A stretch of 48,580 bases of DNA, filler included, from Catajapyx aquilonaris (taxonomy: Eukaryota), in NCBI GenBank assembly GCA_000934665.2. It is 2 parts of 2 records of this genome, joined end to end, with 100 filler letters (N's around TTAATTAATTAA, not from the genome) between each part and the next. Parts side by side here need not be neighbours in the genome. Positions count along the whole stretch, not along the records: positions 1 to 24,236 come from JYFJ02005543.1; positions 24,337 to 48,580 come from JYFJ02005544.1. One strand, 5' to 3'. Made by a program: the position numbers and the translations under genes. Positions 14,807 to 26,383 of this stretch are shown in pieces (position 1 is the first letter of the stretch; each line of letters opens with the position of its first letter). The notes below the pieces were generated by a model. The model was not told where the DNA came from. It saw nothing but the letters and a program-made list of their open reading frames with translations, and did no database searches.

Positions 14807-17800
14807 ATAGCTACAGTTTTAAAATGCCTCAAATTTTATACGAGTAGTGTTGTGGTATTATCGAAAAATGTATCAATAGGAATATTGGGATTCAGAAATT
14901 GTTTCCCTGATAATACAGTACCCTGGAATAAAAAGCATAGAATATAAATCACAACTTGCAGAAACCCAATATTTGTGAATGCCTTTGACGGTGTAGTTTT
15001 TGGCAGGTTTTTTTGTTCAAAATTCGACGTAGGAGTGATATTAATGAATAACAACTTCGAGACAAAATTCATCGTCATCATCATCACCATCACGACATTT
15101 CCCTATAAGGGGTAGTCAGCGATGACGGGAGCCGCAAGCTAACCCAAAATATGAACTAAATTAAAACTTTTAAGAATAAACCTATAAAGAACCCGTCCCG
15201 CCCCCCAACCCTTGAGCCAAAATTAATCATTTTAATTCGTGGTGGTCCTTTTGAATGTAAAACGCCGGAAAAGTTCATCTGCAGGGTGTCCCAGAAATAA
15301 ATTATTTTAGAATCATCTGGCTCTCAGAACGTCGATAGGCATAACAAGTTTACTCAGCAGTCACTATATACATTGTTATTATGGTTATATAATATTACCA
15401 CACACTACTATGAGAAACTCCCAAGGGTCCAGACTTGACGGGAGACCCTGTACTGAGGGCGCATGTTTACATAAACGATCACGTGGGAGCAACATCACCT
15501 TGCCATATACGACTCACCTTTCCGGGAACAGGAGGGATTCTGGGATTGCTATGGTAGTACGTATGTGAGTACCGTACAGTACGGTACTGCTATAGATAAA
15601 CAGATTCGGTTTTTTAACCCCTTAATATATTCATTCTGTCCTTGTGAGTGCATGGCACATACTTTTTACAATATAGATAAAGCTTATTTGAGTTCAGGCA
15701 CCATCTCCTCGGGTATTCCCTCAATCAGTGCCATTAAAAAAGATATCTAATCATTACTTTGCCGTGCTCAACACGCAGTTGAAACAGTAAAGTGCACGCA
15801 TAGCCTGTGCCGCAGCTCTCAGAATACTGTGTAAGAACCCGACTTGAATATGCACAATATGTGATTATTACGTAGAAAAATCCTATACAATTATATTGTA
15901 ATATGCTGATATAAAATTGCCAATGTGTGATATAAAGGGACCATGAGCCATTCATATAAGTAGGCCTACTACGGAACATGATCGGAAAAGGTCAGAACTA
16001 TGAGTCAAAATTTAACGGTTGTATAAAACTCTGCTGTGCTAATTGATATTAAAGATATAGTGTTGGACATGCGACACAGGGGTTAAGGTCGTAATTTAAT
16101 TTGATTTGGCGCGAAATTTTATTAAACTACTAGTAAACTATGTACGTGGAGCCTTTATGGTCTGGTCGCCGTAACTCTTACACAGTAGACTATGTATTAT
16201 AAATCAGGGCAAAAGTCGAAGTATACTGAATGTCAGTGTCGAAACATTGTTTTCATAAAATAATGCAAGCTGCTGAACACCAAGTTTATTTTCTTGTCTC
16301 TCGTGCTCTTTTACTTCGTTTGTACCGTCTGCAGGATTATCCTTCGTCACTATTCTTCTGCTGCGATTCTTGGCGGCTGTCATAGTGTGGCTGGTACTCC
16401 TGGCCGCAGTGCTGGCTTCCATATCTGCAACCATTTACTTATGGTGCGTAAATGTCATTTATCATACATGGGTTCAAATGACAATATATTGTGTTGTGAG
16501 ACTTGTGACCATTCTCGTTGATCAGGCTGACCTGGTTTTTGCTGAAGAGAGATGTGGACGAGAAGGGTAACACAGCTACTGCTCCCGAAAGAAGAAACCT
16601 TCGAAGCACATGTGGATATGCTATTTTAGCAACTGTTGTCGCTGTAAGTGAAAACATTGCATGCTGAACGTGTCAAATCCTGATCACATCTGACAGAGTA
16701 TGATATGATGACTGAACTTTCAGATAGTGGTGATCTTGATAGTGGTAGTACTACGAAAGAGAGTAGCTCTAGTTATACAACTCTTCAGAGAAGCAGGGAA
16801 AGCCATTCACGATATGCCACTTTTGCTGCTTCAGCCAATATGGGTAAATAAAGCAACTTGCTAGATGCATTGGTTGCACTGTTAATAACGATTAATTCCT
16901 GTCTTGCAGACCTTAATAGCACTGCTGATACTCTGCGGAGGTTTCTTCTGCATGTGTATATACATTGAGAGCTCTGGAACTGTGGCCAAGAACACCAAAT
17001 CAGACAATGGCTACATCTATTACAAAAAGAGCACTTTCATGAAGGTAATGGTATAGCTATGAATATCTTTGACCCCATCACGGAGTCCTATGCATCACTT
17101 CGAGTCCCCAATGCTCGTCTGAAGTACTCCATACAATATCATGTTTTGCTTATAGCGACAACATATACTGATGTAATATTAACGAATATCGTGGTGTTAC
17201 AGGTGGCACGATGGTACAACGTGGCAGCCCTTTTTTGGGGCAGCCAGTTCCTGATCGGATGTCAACACGTAACTGTGGCCGGAGCAGTATCCAAGTGGTT
17301 TTTTACACGTGACAAGCGTCGACTAGGATGCCCCATTGCCCGTAGTCTCTCTCGCCTTCTGGCTTTTCACCTGGGTTCCGTGGCACTGGGCTCCCTACTG
17401 GTCGCCGCGGTCCAGTTCCTCAGACTCATCTTCCGCTTCGTCTACCGACGATTCTTGAGTGCCACTTCCAGGCAGGAGGCCACTGGGTACTTGGCCAAAT
17501 GCTGTTCTTGCTGCCTCTGCATCGTACAAAACGTCCTGCAGTTCCTCAATAGAAATGCTTACATCGAGATTGGTACGTGTGTGATTGAGACATGACAGGA
17601 TTCTTTAATGGTTGTTCAAAAAACTCGATAGTGACAGAAAAGCATTCAGGCCTTAGCTATAGAAACATTAAATTATTTTAAAGAATGTTATCTTATAGCC
17701 TACCTTTTTTTGCACCTTATCAGCAATCTACGGCTTCAACTTTTGCAAAGCAGCTCAAAAAGCCTTCCAAGTTGTGATGAACAACTCGATGAGAGTGGCG

Positions 17801-19077
17801 GCCATCAACTCCGTAGGAGATTTTGTGCTGTTTATGGCAAAGGTAGCCATTGTGGCCATCACGCTCTTGGCTGGCCACCAAATGCTAAAGGTACACTATA
17901 CTGTGTATACTATAAACGACTTAACAGAATTAACTGCTATCCCTTAAGAGGAACCCCACGATTTAAATGAATCCGACACTCTAACTTGTCGACACTGACA
18001 CATTGCATATGATGACAAATAAAAGGGTGCAGCACTAACACGTACGTGCACCCCGACATGTCCTCGCGTCACGGGAAGAATGAAACGAGGCCGTCAACAA
18101 ACTCCATCCGATCCCACCGTCAAATGAAGCAAATGTTGTCAACGAGATTCAAGGTCGGACTCGTTTGAATCACGCATGCAAGCCGCCCAGTGCAAATATG
18201 ACACAATGTTTCAGTTAGTATACTTATGCAAAATGTGCCTCATATGATACCTCACACATGTCACTCTTCCAGAACCGAAGTGAGATACACCACATGTGGA
18301 TTCCACTAGCCCTGGCCGGTCTCTTCGCCTACTTGATATCGCATTGTTTCCTATGCGTTTATGAGGTGAGTGTAATGTGAACTATCAGATTCGGAGTTGC
18401 AGTGTAATAATTTCTCCATATTCTGGGCAGATGGCTATCGACACCATCTTCGTGTGTTTCTGCGAGGATGTGTCCCAAAACGACGGGGTGACTCGATCTT
18501 ATTACATGAGTAAGGGACTAATGGTGAGTATATAACCAGAATATAATTCTGCTTGAAAAAGTGTATTGCCGTATGACATAACGGTAAGGCTGAGATATTA
18601 TTCAAGGTCGCCTACAAACGGCACTTGCTATGCACGAATTGAGAATATATGTCTATTCTCAATTTTCAAGTTGTCGCACTTCTGTGCATCAGAATATTTT
18701 CACAATGGTATTCACGGTGACCCTGAAATAGTTTCTGATTAGATAATTAACAGTAGGACGAATATTCCAAGGGTTTAAATCAAACTCAACTAGTGTTACG
18801 ACGGGTTGGATGACTGCCTGATTGATTTATGCAGGAATTCGTGGAGAGAAGCAGGATGGAAGTGGAAGGTGGGAGGGCCAAACAGCTAACTCCACTAAGA
18901 GCTGACCAGGCTTGGTCGTCGTCGTCGACAACGTCTGCCGCTGTGGCTGCGGCAACAGCATTGGGAATGTCAACTCCAGGTCAACAGTTGACTTCCTCTG
19001 GAGGAAGAGGATCTATTCCGCCACCAAAGTATTACTTCTCTAACTTACCGCCCACACCAGCCAAACGAAGCTCGTGA
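5268..19077 (+). CDS. CTL1: Choline transporter-like protein (CTL1/SLC44A1-like), complete 15-exon gene, 667 aa
   Basis: Exons 5268-5315, 7199-7285, 8111-8253, 9136-9258, 13934-14024, 14625-14688, 16335-16443, 16526-16643, 16724-16843, 16910-17044, 17203-17572, 17724-17890, 18273-18365, 18431-18523, 18835-19077. All introns are GT-AG with compatible phases (2004 nt in total). SLC44 motifs: R.PTD.LFL, GYDNYGNVCG, LNRCIP, LRKRVALVIQLF.EAGKAI..MPLLLLQP, GCQHVTVAGAV..WFFTRDK, FHLGSVALGSLL, KCC.CCL, LNRNAYIEIAIYGFNFCKAA, RVAAINSVGDFVLF, HCFL.VYEMAIDTIFVCFCED. The family is secure; the exact paralog is less so. Confidence 0.95.
6013..6993. mobile_element. pogo/Tigger-like MITE with a nested Helentron derivative
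   Basis: TA|cagctgaatccggatataacag ... ctgttatatccggattcacctg|TA. Related fragments lie at ~30864-30970 and ~44150-44300. Confidence 0.8.
6397..6839 (-). mobile_element. DINE-1-like non-autonomous Helentron (HINE), copy 1
   Basis: Minus-strand architecture: 5' subTIR/IR (agactttttc...gaaaaaagtct), (GTCY)n microsatellite, 3' subTIR, 3' hairpin aatcacg-ccca-cgtgatt, end cttgtt. Homologous to 46107-46515. Confidence 0.75.
8680..8714. repeat. (TG)n microsatellite
   Basis: Read directly from the sequence. Confidence 0.95.
8715..8990. mobile_element. Non-autonomous element flanked by (TG)n, with subterminal IRs and a TTAGG array
   Basis: tgctatccttgtgagg (8724-8739) and cctcacaaggatagca (8962-8977) are perfect inverted repeats. 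An inner IR pair lies at 8758-8773 / 8819-8832, and a TTAGG array at 8904-8936. Confidence 0.65.
10339..10567 (-). mobile_element. tRNA-derived SINE (common insect type)
   Basis: Minus-strand A box tggcatagtgg and B box gggttcgaatccc. 14-bp TSD gcctatactgtact at 10325-10338 and 10568-10581. Confidence 0.85.
12068..12899. mobile_element. Large foldback MITE (~320-bp imperfect arms) with a small central hairpin element
   Basis: 12068-12383 is the diverged reverse complement of 12560-12899. The central hairpin at ~12400-12507 resembles 31131-31260. Confidence 0.8.
13366..13702 (-). mobile_element. tRNA-derived SINE, family A copy 1
   Basis: Minus-strand head ggggagacggagtggcgccgcggtaac...ggttcaatccc (A/B boxes) and A tail. 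14-bp TSD agagaggacatatt at 13352-13365 and 13704-13717. Near-identical to 22059-22395. Confidence 0.9.
14740..14804. repeat. (ATT)n microsatellite
   Basis: Read directly from the sequence. Confidence 0.95.
15282..15450. mobile_element. Short Tc1-like MITE
   Basis: cagggtgtccc ... gggagaccctg|TA. Confidence 0.45.
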
Positions 19078-19674
19078 AAATAATATACAGCATAACTTCC
19101 AGTATTTCTACGTACCGTGTACGCTGAACTGTAGACTACTAACACTGCGTTCATGCTCCAATGAAACTTTTAAACCATATAGAGGAGCATTGTGCAAGTA
19201 GTCGTGTCAAGCGAATCCAGATTCAACTGGTGCACTGATGACTAAAGGACTTGTCTCCTATTGATTGGGAAACCGAACACTCACTCATGCCAGTTAATCA
19301 CAAATTGGCGGTATTGTGAATATCGCCTGTGATGAAATTCTCTCATTTATCGTTGCACATTCGGTTTCCTAGAGTGTGATTGATTGTCGATAAGTGTAGT
19401 ACTTGTATTACCGGAATTTTGTGAGTGGACCTTATTGTACTATTGTATTCGTATTGTATACTGTGTGGAAGACCTTTAGTATGAGTACCCGGTATAAGCC
19501 TACATAAAAATTAATGCACTATTCTGTTTGCCACAGTGTGCATTTCTTCCCGTGGTTTTTGGTAACTGGTTTTACAAGTATTAAAATGTTATGACAGATG
19601 CCACTGTCCAAGCGTGTGCCTCAGTCATGAGGAATATGTGTGCCACTTGACTCCTTTGTGAAGCACTGTGTGAT

Positions 19675-19680
19675 AATAAA
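19675..19680 (+). terminator. Candidate polyadenylation signal of the CTL gene
   Basis: AATAAA ~600 nt after the stop codon, followed by T-rich sequence. Confidence 0.45.
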
Positions 19681-21605
19681 AAATATGGTAATCCAACATC
19701 GTATTATGATTTATTTGGGTACCTAATGACTTATTATTAATTATAAAATAAATATCCAATCCGTACTGGGAAACACAAATTAGGGGGTTCTAATTCTAAT
19801 TGTTGGACAATTTCAACAAGTTATACTAAAGGGTAAATGGAAATGGGTGTCATTGTGAATGCACGTGGAATACAGTATACATCCGAAAATAATTCAAATT
19901 TTTGCTGCCAGATAGCTGACCGAGTTCCATTGCGCAGTTACCATGAGGTATTATCTATATATTTCAGGAATTACTTTTGACCAGTTATTTTAGTGGTTGT
20001 GAAAAGTGCGTACTACGTGTGTTAATATTAAGTTTCTTAACCCACCCTTTTTCATGTCTGAAAAGGGAGCCTGACCTGAAATAAAATTGGTTTTATCGTC
20101 GACTTTCGATGCCAATTGTTTAAAAAAATTATTTTCAGTCGAAAAGTTTGCAATTTAGAGATTGGAGAGATTATTCAATTCACCTGTAATATTAGCAACT
20201 AATGTTTTTGATAACCACTAAAAGTAACTGCATGTACTTGTATAAATGAGTAGCTTAATGCCAGAAATCTATAACCACTAGGGACATTTCAAATGGAGAA
20301 GCCTGCATTTTTTTGTTATTTTTCTGCCTCTTTTGACTTGGACCATTTGTGGAACGTGCTCAAATGCCGAAAATGTGCTATTTTAAGGCACTAAAATAAG
20401 ATCGAGGGCTAATTGAATACAAGGTGTCTCATTAATTAAATTACCTGCATGTGACAGGATGGACTGACACAGAACACTGGATCTGATGGATCATCTCCAC
20501 GAACCGATAGCACCGATAGCAAAGGGGGTATATCCCAGACTTCTTCGCTCTATTGCACCGTGACACCTCCAACACCAAGGACACACCGAAGGCAACTATG
20601 TACAAGTAATATTATGCGAGGTCATTTAGCCTACTACGGTACCAGTCATTGAACACACAAACGCCAATAAAACTATTCAATAATATTATTCATCATCACA
20701 TTTTCCTATAAGGGGTATAGTCAGCGATGAAGGAGACTCAAGTTAATTCTAATTATTATTTAATAATAAATAATAAATAACAATGATTTTGGGACATATA
20801 GAGTGCTGAATTGACTAATACATACAGTAGGCCTGTTGCATTATGTATGTCGTATGGCATTAGGACACACGCCTGCACAGAGATATTAACTTTTAGTGTA
20901 GTTCATAATCATACTAAATAATTGTAATTAAGACATAAATTAATTTAGGGGAATTTTAATTGAGGCAAAATTAAAAGAAGCATTCTTTTATGTCACAGTT
21001 CCTATTTCTTAACTATCCAACTATGAGGTAATGGATGGAAGGATGTAGTGTGGGCTACCAAGGATACTTTACAGGGGTTATTGGGAAACAGTTTGTCACC
21101 ACCAGAACAAACAACTGCTTCATTGCAACAATGGCTTTTTATTAATAATTGATTCAAAGTCTGGTTGCTCAGTCACGTTATTCCAAACTTACGAACCTCG
21201 CCAAGACAAGGCTCAAGAAGGGTGCCTGGCTAGTTTTTTGACATTAGCAGCTGCTTCTAGCCAGTGGTGTCTCAACTTTAGGACGGCAATAATCAAGTAA
21301 GTAATTATGTCATCCATAATTATAAAAACCTGAAATGCATAACGATCAGATTATTGCATTGGAGGTATTTCAAGTGTTTGATGTTTGAAGATTGCATCAT
21401 TATTATATTTTAAAAGCTTTTTCGACTATTTTCAAAGGAATTAGAGTGTATTTCTAATACTGACGATTGGCAATCAGAAAGTATGCTTCGAGTATACTAA
21501 AACACAATAACAACTAACTCAACTTGGACCAAAATGGGACTCAGCACCTTCTGAAAATCAGGTCTTCGTATTACCTATTACATCAATCCAGAAAGGAGAG
21601 GGGGG

Positions 21606-21609
<4 letters not shown>

Positions 21610-21643
<34 letters not shown>
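21610..21643. repeat. (GA)n microsatellite
   Basis: Read directly from the sequence. Confidence 0.95.
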
Positions 21644-21645
<2 letters not shown>

Positions 21646-22058
21646 TCTGAAATAAAAGGTGTAGCTGCCTGGGCAATGGGAACATGATCCAGTGGATTCT
21701 TGCAGACTGGACCCTCCTATAGTCCATTCAAAATATTAATAGCCGACCCCTTCGATAACCTTTACAAGTGGCTGTTCGAAAACTGCATAAACTCATACTC
21801 TTGGGTCCTAAAATTCGCTAAGATTAACACATTAATTCAAGCTCACTCTGTAGCCTATATTATGCGTATTGGGGGAGGGGAATCAAAACAATGCAACCTC
21901 GCAGTGATAAATCTCGGTGTTTATTACCCAACCATAGAATTCTCCAAAATAATTACAGTCTAATAATCACGCACGCAATATACGGTAACACTTCCACATT
22001 ATTTTACACTCATTTAGGCACCTAGTCTGCTCACCCTGTATAACTAATTGAGCAACTG

Positions 22059-22395
22059 TTTTTTTTTCATTACCCCACGGGGGGAGTTATACTACTCCTT
22101 AGGGGGGGTGGGTTACCACCATTGGATTTGTTTTTTGGAGCGAGTTTAAGAAGATCTTAATTAGTGTACTCCAAGGGTGGGTGGGAGGGGAGGTGCAAAG
22201 TGCAAGTGCAATGTCTCTAATCGTCATTTTGTGAACTCCCCCGGGTGGCTTAGTCTGTCGGAAATTGCCACCCGAAATGAAGCCAGAGATGGCCCAACTC
22301 TGCACGGATAAAGGTGGGAAACCCGGGTGGGGATTGAACCCGGGACCTTAATATCCGTGGGCGCACGCGTTACCGCGGCGCCACTTCATCTCCCC
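22059..22395 (-). mobile_element. tRNA-derived SINE, family A copy 2
   Basis: High similarity to 13366-13702 over the full length. Confidence 0.9.
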
Positions 22396-22738
22396 ACTGG
22401 TATTTAAAATGTATTTATATACGTTTCCAATTGGAAAGAAACCTAGTGGGTAATATACCCAGGGAGGCTTAAAAAGGTAAAATTCACCAAAATAACCTAA
22501 TATCATAGAAACTAATACTAATATTAAGTCTGACTAATATACGCTGAAAATAAACAACTATATTCCAATAGCGTAGCAACCCGTTGCTGGGGAACGCGGG
22601 TTATTGACTCCACACCATTGTTGATTTCTCTCCTCACACCAGCAGTAAGATTCGAACGAACAGCAGCGGAAGAGCTGAGCAGCGACTCTTTGCAGCACAT
22701 ATAGTGACAGAAATCCCTGCACCAAAGCAACAAGCGAC

Positions 22739-23218
22739 ATGGACCAAACCATTCAGCCTGTGGTCAAAGAGGTAAGCACCGTAGTTCCCTATGGGGCCCA
22801 CAGTTAGGGGAATAGGTCTCAATATTATTTTATATTCAGAATCATGTTGGCCTTCAAAAAGTGGGTTAGTCCAGATTCCACAACTAGTGTTCCATAGTGC
22901 AACTAAATAAATAAGTAAATAATCACATACGTCGTAATTACTGCAGGAAGCCTCTGCTACATATAGAGATATTTTGAGCCCAGAATAATGTATAAATGTT
23001 TAACGTCGTGATCAGGTGGCGAAGAAGTATGCGACCAAGGGCACGACGGACTACACACCCGAACATTGGAGAAGGAACTTGATGGATGTTAAGAGGGACA
23101 GCGTGCAAATGTTTGATGATTCTTTCAAGTTTCGTGTGGACTCAAGGAGGCGTCGGACAGTGGCTACCTTCGAGAATTCGCGGGACGATGATGAAACAAA
23201 GAGATTGCTATATATGAG
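22739..23218 (+). CDS. Tektin family protein (tektin-2/B1-like), 5' partial: first two coding exons
   Basis: Exon 22739-22771 (gacATGG context, in-frame TGA upstream, MDQTIQPVVKE|GTAAG) joins exon 23016-23218 (cag|VAKKYATKGTTDYTPEHWRRNLMDVKRDSVQMFDDSFKFRVDSRRRRTVATFENSRDDDETKRLLYMR|GTATG). The spacing Y-x4-W-x2-N...D-x-S-x3-R-x-D/E-x-R-x2-R...L-x2-R aligns without gaps to tektin N-termini as I recall them. No further exons are recognisable before the gap. Confidence 0.72.
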
Positions 23219-23939
23219 GTATGGAACATTATTCCTTTTATTTGCGTTTGCCTGAACATATATACTTAACATTTTGTAATGAATTATACCATGAAGGGAG
23301 ACGCTTACGATAACTTTTTACCTGTTACTAGGACTGCTGACTCAATATTATTATCGCCATTATCTCGGCGATTATTAGCTCCCTTCTAACTCTAACTTAA
23401 GAGTGTCGATTCCAAGAGAATCAAGGTTTGATTTGTGAATTAAACATAATAATAAAGTTATGAAATAATAATGTCAGTGAAGCATGTGATTCCTGCAAAT
23501 TGGGCAGAGTAGAAATCGTTCAACTCTGATGCACTCTGAACTTACTGTTAGTGACATTTAAGTCACACAATCGATATTGTCTCGAGTATACAAGTGTTTC
23601 GACACCGATTACTGTCTTGGTTGTCCAATAAAATGAAGCATTTGGAGATGATGGCAGGACCAGCAATGGCCAGTCAACTGCTATGTTTACATGATACATA
23701 GGCCTACGTATACGTGAGTTACATCATTGAAGAGGAAAATGCTCAAAGTTTTTCTAAACACATATCTTTAAGAGGTACTGTACAATACGTGCTATGTGGG
23801 ATGTATTATGTTGACACCCAAGGTAGTCTTGACAATATAAACAGGCAATATTCGATCTCACACGTCAGTTCACCTGTTAGTAGCATGTTGGGCCACAGTG
23901 TCCCTTTTGAGGTCTGTACATTGATGAAGGTCTATTCTG

Positions 23940-24080
23940 ACCTTGAATTTGTAGACAATGTTTTCCATAATATGACCATGTGTAGGAAAAAAATCCAGCG
24001 ACAAGTCTGGCAACCTAGGAGACTGAGAAGTCCATCATGCCAATGCCCCACCTCTGCCGATCCATTTCCCAGGTGCAATT
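23940..24080 (-). mobile_element. Degenerate Tc1/mariner transposase fragment
   Basis: The minus strand gives PGKWIGRGGALA*...PRLPDLS.LDFF...ENIVYK, a relic of the PGRWIGRGG...WPPRSPDLTPLDFFLWG motif. Confidence 0.7.
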
Positions 24081-24141
24081 CTTAATTGAGCTAATGCATC
24101 ATAATGACTCGAATTATTGGGATGGTATAGGCCTACATCTT

Positions 24142-24236
24142 ATTGTTCCTTCACTTATGTATGGTAGTGAAGCGTGGGTTTGGTCAGATAGGCATAAGAG
24201 TAGGGTGTTGGCTACAGAGATGCGTTATCTCCGGGC
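24142..24236 (+). mobile_element. RTE-type non-LTR retrotransposon RT C-terminal fragment, cut by the gap
   Basis: IVPSLMYGSEAWVWSDRHKSRVLATEMRYLR matches the RTE-clade L.YGSE.W...EM..LR motif. Confidence 0.8.
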
Positions 24237-24336
24237 NNNNNNNNNNNNNNNNNNNNNNNNNNNNNNNNNNNNNNNNNNNNTTAATTAATTAANNNNNNNN
24301 NNNNNNNNNNNNNNNNNNNNNNNNNNNNNNNNNNNN
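24237..24336. other. Artificial contig-joining spacer / assembly gap
   Basis: Exactly 44 N + TTAATTAATTAA (24281-24292; stop codons in all six frames) + 44 N = 100 nt. Confidence 0.95.
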
Positions 24337-25307
24337 ACCCCTAATGACACCCTGGAGCGTATGTCGGGACCTCCGTATGGATTTGCATAGCGAATAACTG
24401 GAAAGACATACGTCGAGAAATATGTATTAGATAATGGATGACAGGATATTGACAGCCAAATACACAGCAGAGGTCCTGAGCATCAGACTGGCTAAGGTGG
24501 ACACCATCCTTTATCAACACCTTCACCACAGCAAGGTCTCCCCCACACGGGCACCATGCCACCTCAAAGAAGCCTGCTCAAGTTCAGATGTTGCAGGACA
24601 ACTTGAAATTTTTCTCCGACAAAGATGACTTTTTGGCATGGCTAGTGACACATGACAAAGCCTTCTGACGAGCGGGTATTCATGTCTGGTGATCCGTGTA
24701 CACCTTCGATGGTGATCTGGCGGTGATCCAGTGTACACCTTTGTGGTGAATACCCCCTTGCCTTCTGACCTCTTCTTACTCTCCAATGTGAAAAAACAAC
24801 TTCATGGAAGGGTGAGGGAGGCATGGTGGTCTGGTGGTTACGCCACTGGCCAGCCAAGCGGGAGGCCGGGGTTCAAATCCCGTACCCGTCACCTCTGCCT
24901 GGCCAGGTCTTTTTCCTCTTTTCACCCGACATGCCAGGGCAGAATTGCACTCCCTACTCTGCCCAGGGCCATGAGGAAAGGCCTAGTGTTTAAGGAATGT
25001 CAGAAATGACTACCGCACAGCGCCCTCCCTTGGGAACCTCCCCTCCCCCCCTAAGAGGGCCTCGGGCCCTATCATCTGGTATTTGCTTTTTTTTTATAAA
25101 AAAAACAAACCTTCATGGAAGGGTCCATGGATCTGACTTTTGTACAGGAGGTGCTGGGGGCGGGTGTACAGAATTCTTTAGGGATAGGGTAGAAAAATGG
25201 GGAAAACACTGGACAAGGTGTATCAACATGCAAGGTGACTATGTTGAAAAATAAAATATACATATTGTTTTTCATGGAAAAGATCATTATTTCCTGAATG
25301 ACCCTCA
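24337..25307 (+). mobile_element. Decayed mariner element (transposase pseudogene plus right TIR), interrupted by a SINE
   Basis: AEVLSIRLAKVDTILYQHLHHSKVSPTRAPCHL (HTH/WVPH-like), LPSDLFLLSNVKKQLHGR (SPDLAPSD-like) and C-terminal HWTRCINMQGDYVEK*. The TIR-like end ...ttcctgaatgaccctca|TA is at 25307. Confidence 0.85.
24814..25110 (+). mobile_element. tRNA-derived SINE inserted in the mariner relic
   Basis: A box (tggtctggtgg), B box (ggttcaaatcc), A-rich tail, and a 14-bp TSD cttcatggaagggt at 24800-24813 and 25111-25124. Confidence 0.85.
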
Positions 25308-25573
25308 TAGTTCTCAATATAGCAACTTCGGATTGACGTGTCTAATGGTGAGCAATTTTTTTTTGCCTTACACTACTGACTTTCAAGTGGTTATGTTCCA
25401 GCAGTTACTTTTATAATCAATTTTAAAATCCTCTGCTATGTGGTTGAATAGAGGCATCCCTTCAGGCGATAAATTGCAATTAATCTCCCAACTTAAGACA
25501 TTCAGAATATCCCATTCTGACCCATTAGGTCTGTGGATGTATTCAGCAGACACCCACCTGCATTAGTTAAATG

Positions 25574-25686
25574 TAGGGATGGAAAAAGAACCGCTTCCTT
25601 TTTCCATGTGCAGGGATGGAAAAAGAACCGCTTCCTTTTTCCATGTGCAGGGATGGAAAAAGAACCGCTTCCTTTTTCCATCCCTG
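25574..25686. mobile_element. 113-bp hAT-type mini-element built from three tandem 37-bp palindromic units
   Basis: 8-bp TSD gttaaatg (25566-25573 and 25687-25694), ends tagggatggaaaaag / ctttttccatccctg, and the unit agggatggaaaaagaaccgcttcctttttccatgtgc repeated three times. Confidence 0.8.
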
Positions 25687-25725
25687 GTTAAATGGATGCA
25701 TCAATTCAACCCAATATTAGCAGGT

Positions 25726-26383
25726 ATGGACCTTTTAGCCGTGACGTATTTGTTTACATTTTTTCGCGGCGGCCATCTTGTTGGTTGGGCAGAACCAGCA
25801 ATGGCGGCATGCTGAGCGGGTTATTTCTGCAACAATATATCGAGTAAATGAGCCACACCGGGCTTGTTTTCGGTTCCAAAGTGATGTGGAGGGGAGGGCC
25901 AGATTGTTGGCCGCCATCAGGAGAGTTGAGAAGGCCGAGAAAAGTTGGTAACCCACCAAACATTGACGGATTTGCGGAGCTCACACTTTGCACAAAGTAA
26001 CCATTTCCCGTGTTTATTTCCCTGGTGGAAGTAGCAGTGTGACTAATTAACCCTGGTGAACCTCACAGACAGTCACAAACACTGCCAACTACACGAGCTG
26101 GAGCGAGCATTTACCCACGAGAGTATCGTATCGCGTATCGTATCGCTTCGCCTCCTTGCTTCTCCCATAGTAAGACTTTTCGCGTTGTGCAGCAGTGGTT
26201 CCAATGGGCGGGCCATGTCGGGGAGCCCCGTAGGTAGGCCACTGGCTAACCACGGGCCACAGGAGAGCTCACAAAACCCGGCAGACCTCAAAAACCCTGC
26301 CAACAACACGGGCAGGATAGGGGTTTTAGCCAACCAACAAGATGGCCGCCTTTGTTGTGATGACGTAGCGTTAAAAGGTCCAT
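25726..26383. mobile_element. MITE with terminal and subterminal inverted repeats
   Basis: atggacctttta / taaaaggtccat and gcggccatcttgttggttgg / ccaaccaacaagatggccgc. Confidence 0.7.

Noticed and set aside
25383..25557. Minus-strand open segment after a cag acceptor, in phase with FECH exon 4 (WVSAEYIHRPNGSEWDILNVLSWEINC...)
   Set aside because: No similarity to the expected ferrochelatase continuation (DG.ERA.AFTQYPQYSCSTTGSS) and a poor polypyrimidine tract; probably chance.
25575..25686. 37-bp palindromic repeats resembling a CRISPR array
   Set aside because: The units are directly tandem with no spacers, there are no cas genes, the context is eukaryotic, and an 8-bp TSD explains it as a hAT-type relic.
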